Part shown: in pieces, positions 59,983-64,000 of the stretch
Position numbering within the stretch: position 1 is the stretch's first letter
How the letters are laid out: each line of letters begins with the position of its first letter
Assembly: GCA_938074535.1 (NCBI GenBank)
Contig: CALJER010000008.1
Location: 23,523 to 87,522, forward strand
Origin: an uncultured archaeon
GTDB lineage: Archaea > Hadarchaeota > Hadarchaeia > Hadarchaeales > WYZ-LMO6
DNA: 64,000 nucleotides
Direction: 5' to 3'
Notes under the pieces: model-generated
What the model was told of the DNA's origin: nothing
Seen by the model: only the letters and a program-made list of their open reading frames with translations
The model's database searches: none
Made by a program: the position numbers and the translations under genes

Positions 59983-61206
59983 GTGAACTTTGAACTCACG
60001 GAAGAGCAATCGATATTCAGAAAAACCCTTCGGGAGTTTCTGGACAAAGAAATTTCCCCCATCGCGGACAAAAGGGACAGAAAGGGGCCCCTCACAAAGG
60101 AAGAGGTAATAGGATTTTACAAAAAGTTCAAGGAGATAGGACTGGGCTTCGACCCGGCGACGGCGAGAGTTTGGCTGAAGGACCCAATGTTCTTTGGGAT
60201 TGCCGCGGAAGAGATAAGTCGCGTCTGGGCCAGCCTGTTCGCGGTTTGGGCGTACCAGATCTTTGCCTCCCTTGCTCCCCTAGCTTCTGAGGAAAGCGCG
60301 GAAAGGTTGGCTTCTAAACTGGAGAGGGCAGAGCTCGTCGGCTGCATGGCCGTGACCGAGCCAGGAGCCGGCTCCGACACCTCCAAACTCCAGACCACTG
60401 CGACCCTGGAAGGAGATCATTATGTCATCCAGGGAAGAAAGTGCTGGATAACCAACGCTCCCATAGCCGACGTGGCTCTGGTCGCGGCAACCGAAAAGGA
60501 TACTGGAATGCAGAACTTTTTCTTCATCGATCGGGAAGTTTCCCCCTTCGAAACGACCGAATTACATAAAATAGGTTGGAGAGCCGCGCCCACGGGCGAG
60601 ATGTTTTTTGATAACTGCCGGGTACCCAAGGAGAACGCTTTAACGGAGATGCTCTCCAAAGCCTTCACGGAGAGGGAGGAGATGAGGCCCCCCCTCTTCG
60701 ACCCAGAATCCGGGATAATGAAGTTGGCCACGAAAATTAAACCCCTGAGCGCCATCTTTTGCTTCATGCGGACGGGGATGGCGCTGCAGGCGACAGGGAT
60801 TTCGCAGGCGGCTCTGGACGCCTCGATGAAATACGCAAAGGAGAGAACTCAGTTCGGCAAACCTATCGGGAAGTTCCAGCTCGTTCAGGAGCTACTTTAT
60901 GAAATGACCGCCATAACGGAGTCCTCACGCCTTCTCGCATACCGGGCTTTGGATGTAGCGTGGAGGGGAGACCCCGAGGCGAGAAAGTGGTCTTCTTTGG
61001 CCAAATGTTACGCCTGTGAGGGCTGCATCAAAGTGACTTACAATGCGATACAGCTCCACGGCGGGATAGGTCTCTCGGAGGAACTTCCGCTGGAGAGATA
61101 CTTCCGGGATGCCAGGATAATGACCATCGGTGACGGCACCACCGAAATTCAAAAAATGATCGTGGGGCGCGAACTCCTGGGCAAGGGATTCTCGGCCTAC
61201 GCCTAG
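59983..61206 (+). CDS. Acyl-CoA dehydrogenase
   Basis: MNFELTEEQ N-terminus, the TEPGAGSD motif and the C-terminal QLHGGIG motif. GTG start. Confidence 0.9.
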   Translation: MNFELTEEQSIFRKTLREFLDKEISPIADKRDRKGPLTKEEVIGFYKKFKEIGLGFDPATARVWLKDPMFFGIAAEEISRVWASLFAVWAYQIFASLAPLASEESAERLASKLERAELVGCMAVTEPGAGSDTSKLQTTATLEGDHYVIQGRKCWITNAPIADVALVAATEKDTGMQNFFFIDREVSPFETTELHKIGWRAAPTGEMFFDNCRVPKENALTEMLSKAFTEREEMRPPLFDPESGIMKLATKIKPLSAIFCFMRTGMALQATGISQAALDASMKYAKERTQFGKPIGKFQLVQELLYEMTAITESSRLLAYRALDVAWRGDPEARKWSSLAKCYACEGCIKVTYNAIQLHGGIGLSEELPLERYFRDARIMTIGDGTTEIQKMIVGRELLGKGFSAYA

Positions 61207-61219
61207 AAGCATCACCCGT

Positions 61220-62140
61220 TCATTTGCTGGACGGTCGGGGCAGGCTGAAAAAGAAAGTCCCTTCCCTTTTCACCACCTTTACCCTTCTTTCATTCTGCAG
61301 TTTAACGAGGTGGGCCAGGACAGAATTGTATGTAAAATACGGAAATCCCCCCTCCGGATAGACCGAGTTGACGAGCTCCGAAAGGTCTTTCTCACCCTCC
61401 CCCAGAATTTCCAGCAACTTTTGTTCCGTCCTGAATTTTTGCTGAAGGATCCCGTCTATTCTCTTGTGGACCTCCCCCACCTCCCCACCATGTGAAAGAA
61501 AGGCCTTGTCTATCCTCAGCTTTTTTAGACGCTGGAGCGATTCCAAGAATTCCTCCAGGCTGCCCTGTAGGCACCCTACGAAGGGCGTCCCCCTGACCGT
61601 GATCATGTCCCCGGCGAATATGGTGCGGCTCTCCCCTTCGTAAAGACAAATGTGCCCCGGTGCATGACCGGGCGTGTGAAGAACTTTTAGGGAGAGGTCA
61701 GCCGCTCCAATGGAGTCTCCTTCCCTCAATCTCATGTCGACCTTTGCCGTCTTCACTTTCTCGTAAATGGAAGCTCGCATTCTGGCATGATCCGCGATTA
61801 TGCCAGGCATCTCGCTCAGCACTTCCTCTGGTGGGAGCTGTTTTTTCATGTCCTCTATCAAAGGCGCGGCTACTTCATGCGCCGCTATCTTAACCCCGGC
61901 TCTCTCCTTTATGGAGGCGTTCCCACCGAAATGGTCGATATGCTCATGGGTGTTCACGATCATGGAGACGTCGCTCAAATCGAACCCTATTTCCTCCAAT
62001 TGAGAGGAGAGTTCTCCCACCGATTCCTCATATCCGCTGTCTATCAAAACCGGCGTTTCGCTCTCTACTAAGAAGGCATTTACCCTCTGCAGACCCGGGA
62101 AGCTTGGCTCGAGCGATATCGTGTGTACGCGCAGCCCCAT
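61220..62140 (-). CDS. MBL-fold metallo-hydrolase with C-terminal winged-helix-like domain (paralog of 1264..2217)
   Basis: HEHIDHFGG motif and the same two-domain layout as the first MBL gene. Confidence 0.8.
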   Translation of the reverse strand: MGLRVHTISLEPSFPGLQRVNAFLVESETPVLIDSGYEESVGELSSQLEEIGFDLSDVSMIVNTHEHIDHFGGNASIKERAGVKIAAHEVAAPLIEDMKKQLPPEEVLSEMPGIIADHARMRASIYEKVKTAKVDMRLREGDSIGAADLSLKVLHTPGHAPGHICLYEGESRTIFAGDMITVRGTPFVGCLQGSLEEFLESLQRLKKLRIDKAFLSHGGEVGEVHKRIDGILQQKFRTEQKLLEILGEGEKDLSELVNSVYPEGGFPYFTYNSVLAHLVKLQNERRVKVVKREGTFFFSLPRPSSK

Positions 62141-62232
62141 CTCGGACTCACCACTTTTCTTCTCACCGCTACTTAAATTTGCGGACAGGATCGGGAAGAA
62201 AAGCTTTTTATACTGCGGGGCCCGGGAAAAAT

Positions 62233-63309
62233 GTGATAAAAACCAGACTTTGTGACCTCCTGGAAATAAAACACCCCATCATCCAAGGGGGCATGGGGCC
62301 CTTCCAAACGAACAAGCTAGCAGTTGCGGTTGCAAACGCCGGAGCGCTCGGGGTTATAAGCACCAGCGGAATCGTGCTCAAGAGCATGGGCGTGGATCTA
62401 GGCCCCCTTGCACCCGAAGGGGGTGACCCCTACGAGGTGTTGAGAAGAATCATCCACCAAACCGTGGAAGCCACGGAAGAGCACGGAAAAATCGGAATAA
62501 ACGTGATGGTCTCGGCCGAAATGATGGACGCTGCGAGGGAGCTCGTACGGGCCGCCGTCGACGCCAGGGGCGAGAACCCCTCGGTCCAAAAAAAGCTGAA
62601 GGCGATAATCACCTCGGCGGGTGACCCTCTGCCCTGGACCGACGTGATAAAGCCCTCCGGCCTCACATGGCTGCACGTAGTTCCCTCGGTTCGCGCGGCC
62701 AAAAGGTGTGAAAAGGCGGGAGTAGACGTGATAATAGCCTCGGGACAAGAGGGAGGGGGACACACCGCTTGGGAGCCGGTTCACTCGATGGTTTTGATCC
62801 CAGCTGTCGTCGAGGCCGTCAAAACTCCAGTGGTAGGGGCGGGAGGATTCGCGGACGGGGCTTCCCTGGTAGCGGCTTTGGCCCTGGGGGCTGTGGGAGT
62901 CCAGATGGGTACAAGATTCGTAGCGACCAAGGAAGCCGACTTCGTGCAGATGTGGAAGGAAAGAATAGTGAAAAGTGGGGAAAGAGACACGATCATCGCA
63001 AGGGGTTTTGTGGGACCCTTGAGGTATCTGAAGAATAAGGCCTCCGTCGAACTCGCTGAACAGACGCTGGAAAAAATTCCCAACCTGTTTTTGGGGCGTC
63101 CGGACGTCTCCCTGGATCCCGAAATCCTCAGCAAAGAGCTTGAGGGAACCATGGCCCTCCTGGGGGATGATGATGAGAGGGCCCTGTTTTACGGCGGGGA
63201 GGTCGCGGGGAGGATATCCGACATACCCACCGCCAGGGAACTCATTGAGAGGATAGTGAGAGAAGCGGAAGAAATTTTGAGGGAAATGCCAAAAAAATTC
63301 CTGAGATAG
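62233..63309 (+). CDS. Nitronate monooxygenase / FabK-like FMN-dependent enoyl reductase family
   Basis: IKHPIIQGGMGPF and the ASGQEGGGH motif. GTG start at 62233 with TATA CTTTTTATAC at about 62200-62209. Confidence 0.8.
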   Translation: MIKTRLCDLLEIKHPIIQGGMGPFQTNKLAVAVANAGALGVISTSGIVLKSMGVDLGPLAPEGGDPYEVLRRIIHQTVEATEEHGKIGINVMVSAEMMDAARELVRAAVDARGENPSVQKKLKAIITSAGDPLPWTDVIKPSGLTWLHVVPSVRAAKRCEKAGVDVIIASGQEGGGHTAWEPVHSMVLIPAVVEAVKTPVVGAGGFADGASLVAALALGAVGVQMGTRFVATKEADFVQMWKERIVKSGERDTIIARGFVGPLRYLKNKASVELAEQTLEKIPNLFLGRPDVSLDPEILSKELEGTMALLGDDDERALFYGGEVAGRISDIPTARELIERIVREAEEILREMPKKFLR

Positions 63310-63429
63310 ACGGGGCAGGATACTCGGCTACCCACGTCTGGTCCATCCGGCTCGACGCCGATTCGAGAGCGGATGCTGGCAGGATGGTTCCGTAGAAATG
63401 CTTATACGCTTCCCCTGCAGGATTTTTTG

Positions 63430-64000
63430 ATGGAGAAACTGATCATCACCGCGGCAGTGACCGGGGGGGAGTTTGTTTCCAAGCTGCAAACCGAATATGT
63501 TCCCTGCACTGTGGACGAAATAGTTGAGGAAGTTATCAGGTGCAGGAAGGCGGGCGCCTCGGTGGTTCACCTGCATGCCAAAGATCCCGAAACCGGCAGA
63601 CCCCATCCGGATCCCAATTCAGTTTTTCCGGAATACATCAGAAGAATAAGGGAAAGCGAGGCTTCGGACATCATAATCAATGTGACTACGGGTGGGGGAA
63701 GGCCCCTTCCTAGAGAGATGGCCGAGCTGTTCGGTATCGAGCAAAAGTACACCCCAGAGGAGTATGAGAGGATGGTGGACAAGTGGATGGAGGAGCGAAT
63801 GAAGTTCGGTCAAGAGATGTCCTCGCTCAACATGGGATCGATAAACATCTGGGAGGACATGGGGCTGGAGCCCCTGAGGGACTTCGTGTTCAGCAACCCC
63901 ATCTCCAGAATCGAGCGATGGGCAAAATACATGTACGAGAACAACGTAAAACCAGAACTCGAGATTTACGACACGGGCATGATAAACACGGCCAAAGCCT
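63430..64000 (+). CDS. BKACE-family beta-keto acid cleavage enzyme (3-keto-5-aminohexanoate cleavage enzyme-like, DUF849); 3'-truncated by the window end
   Basis: MEKLIITAAVTGGE...VVHLHAKDPETG signature of the Kce/BKACE TIM barrel. Confidence 0.75.
   Translation, partial: MEKLIITAAVTGGEFVSKLQTEYVPCTVDEIVEEVIRCRKAGASVVHLHAKDPETGRPHPDPNSVFPEYIRRIRESEASDIIINVTTGGGRPLPREMAELFGIEQKYTPEEYERMVDKWMEERMKFGQEMSSLNMGSINIWEDMGLEPLRDFVFSNPISRIERWAKYMYENNVKPELEIYDTGMINTAKA

Overview
The window reads as a GC-rich archaeal chromosomal segment with an acidic, Glu/Arg-rich proteome. Lineage is uncertain. The rpoB gene is unsplit while rpoA' and rpoA'' are separate, and the conserved archaeal cluster rpoH-rpoB-rpoA'-rpoA''-L30e-nusA-S12-S7-EF1a-S10 is present without EF-2. 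Together these argue against class II methanogens and haloarchaea. FolD and PurH imply tetrahydrofolate-dependent C1 metabolism. Recognisable core content includes the RNA polymerase and ribosomal block, a long pur operon (purM-purS-purL-purQ-x-purE-purC-purF, plus folD, purB and divergent purH), nrdG-nrdD (anaerobic ribonucleotide reductase), glyS, htpX, Sec61-beta, Tsr3, Thi4, archease, a minimal K+ channel, a PadR-ABC exporter operon and two tRNAs (Lys-UUU, Ser-UGA). The most unusual content falls in three regions. (1) A seven-gene operon at 15.7-21.5 kb encodes two different HgdAB/BcrBC-like subunits, two different HgdC/BcrAD-like activator ATPases, two small Cys-motif proteins and a CooC-like ATPase with a CXC motif. 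(2) A saccharopine-dehydrogenase-like / RuBisCO-like protein (RLP) / FGGY sugar kinase operon at 21.6-25.6 kb. (3) A lower-GC island from about 54.5 kb to the window end carries two DUF35 + thiolase-like pairs in which both thiolase-like proteins lack the catalytic cysteine, together with an acyl-CoA synthetase, an acyl-CoA dehydrogenase, a FabK/NMO-like reductase, an MBL hydrolase and a BKACE enzyme. Other observations are a frameshifted thioredoxin-like gene inside the pur operon, an in-frame internal duplication in ribosomal protein S10, a radical-SAM/SPASM gene translationally coupled to tsr3, and a GTAACG-type motif next to both TATA boxes of the regulator/nrdGD divergent promoter. No CRISPR array, IS element or recognisable defence gene was seen. 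All calls come from reading the sequence and translations by eye. Where the ORF track begins a frame with GTG or TTG, start coordinates were adjusted by hand and remain uncertain.
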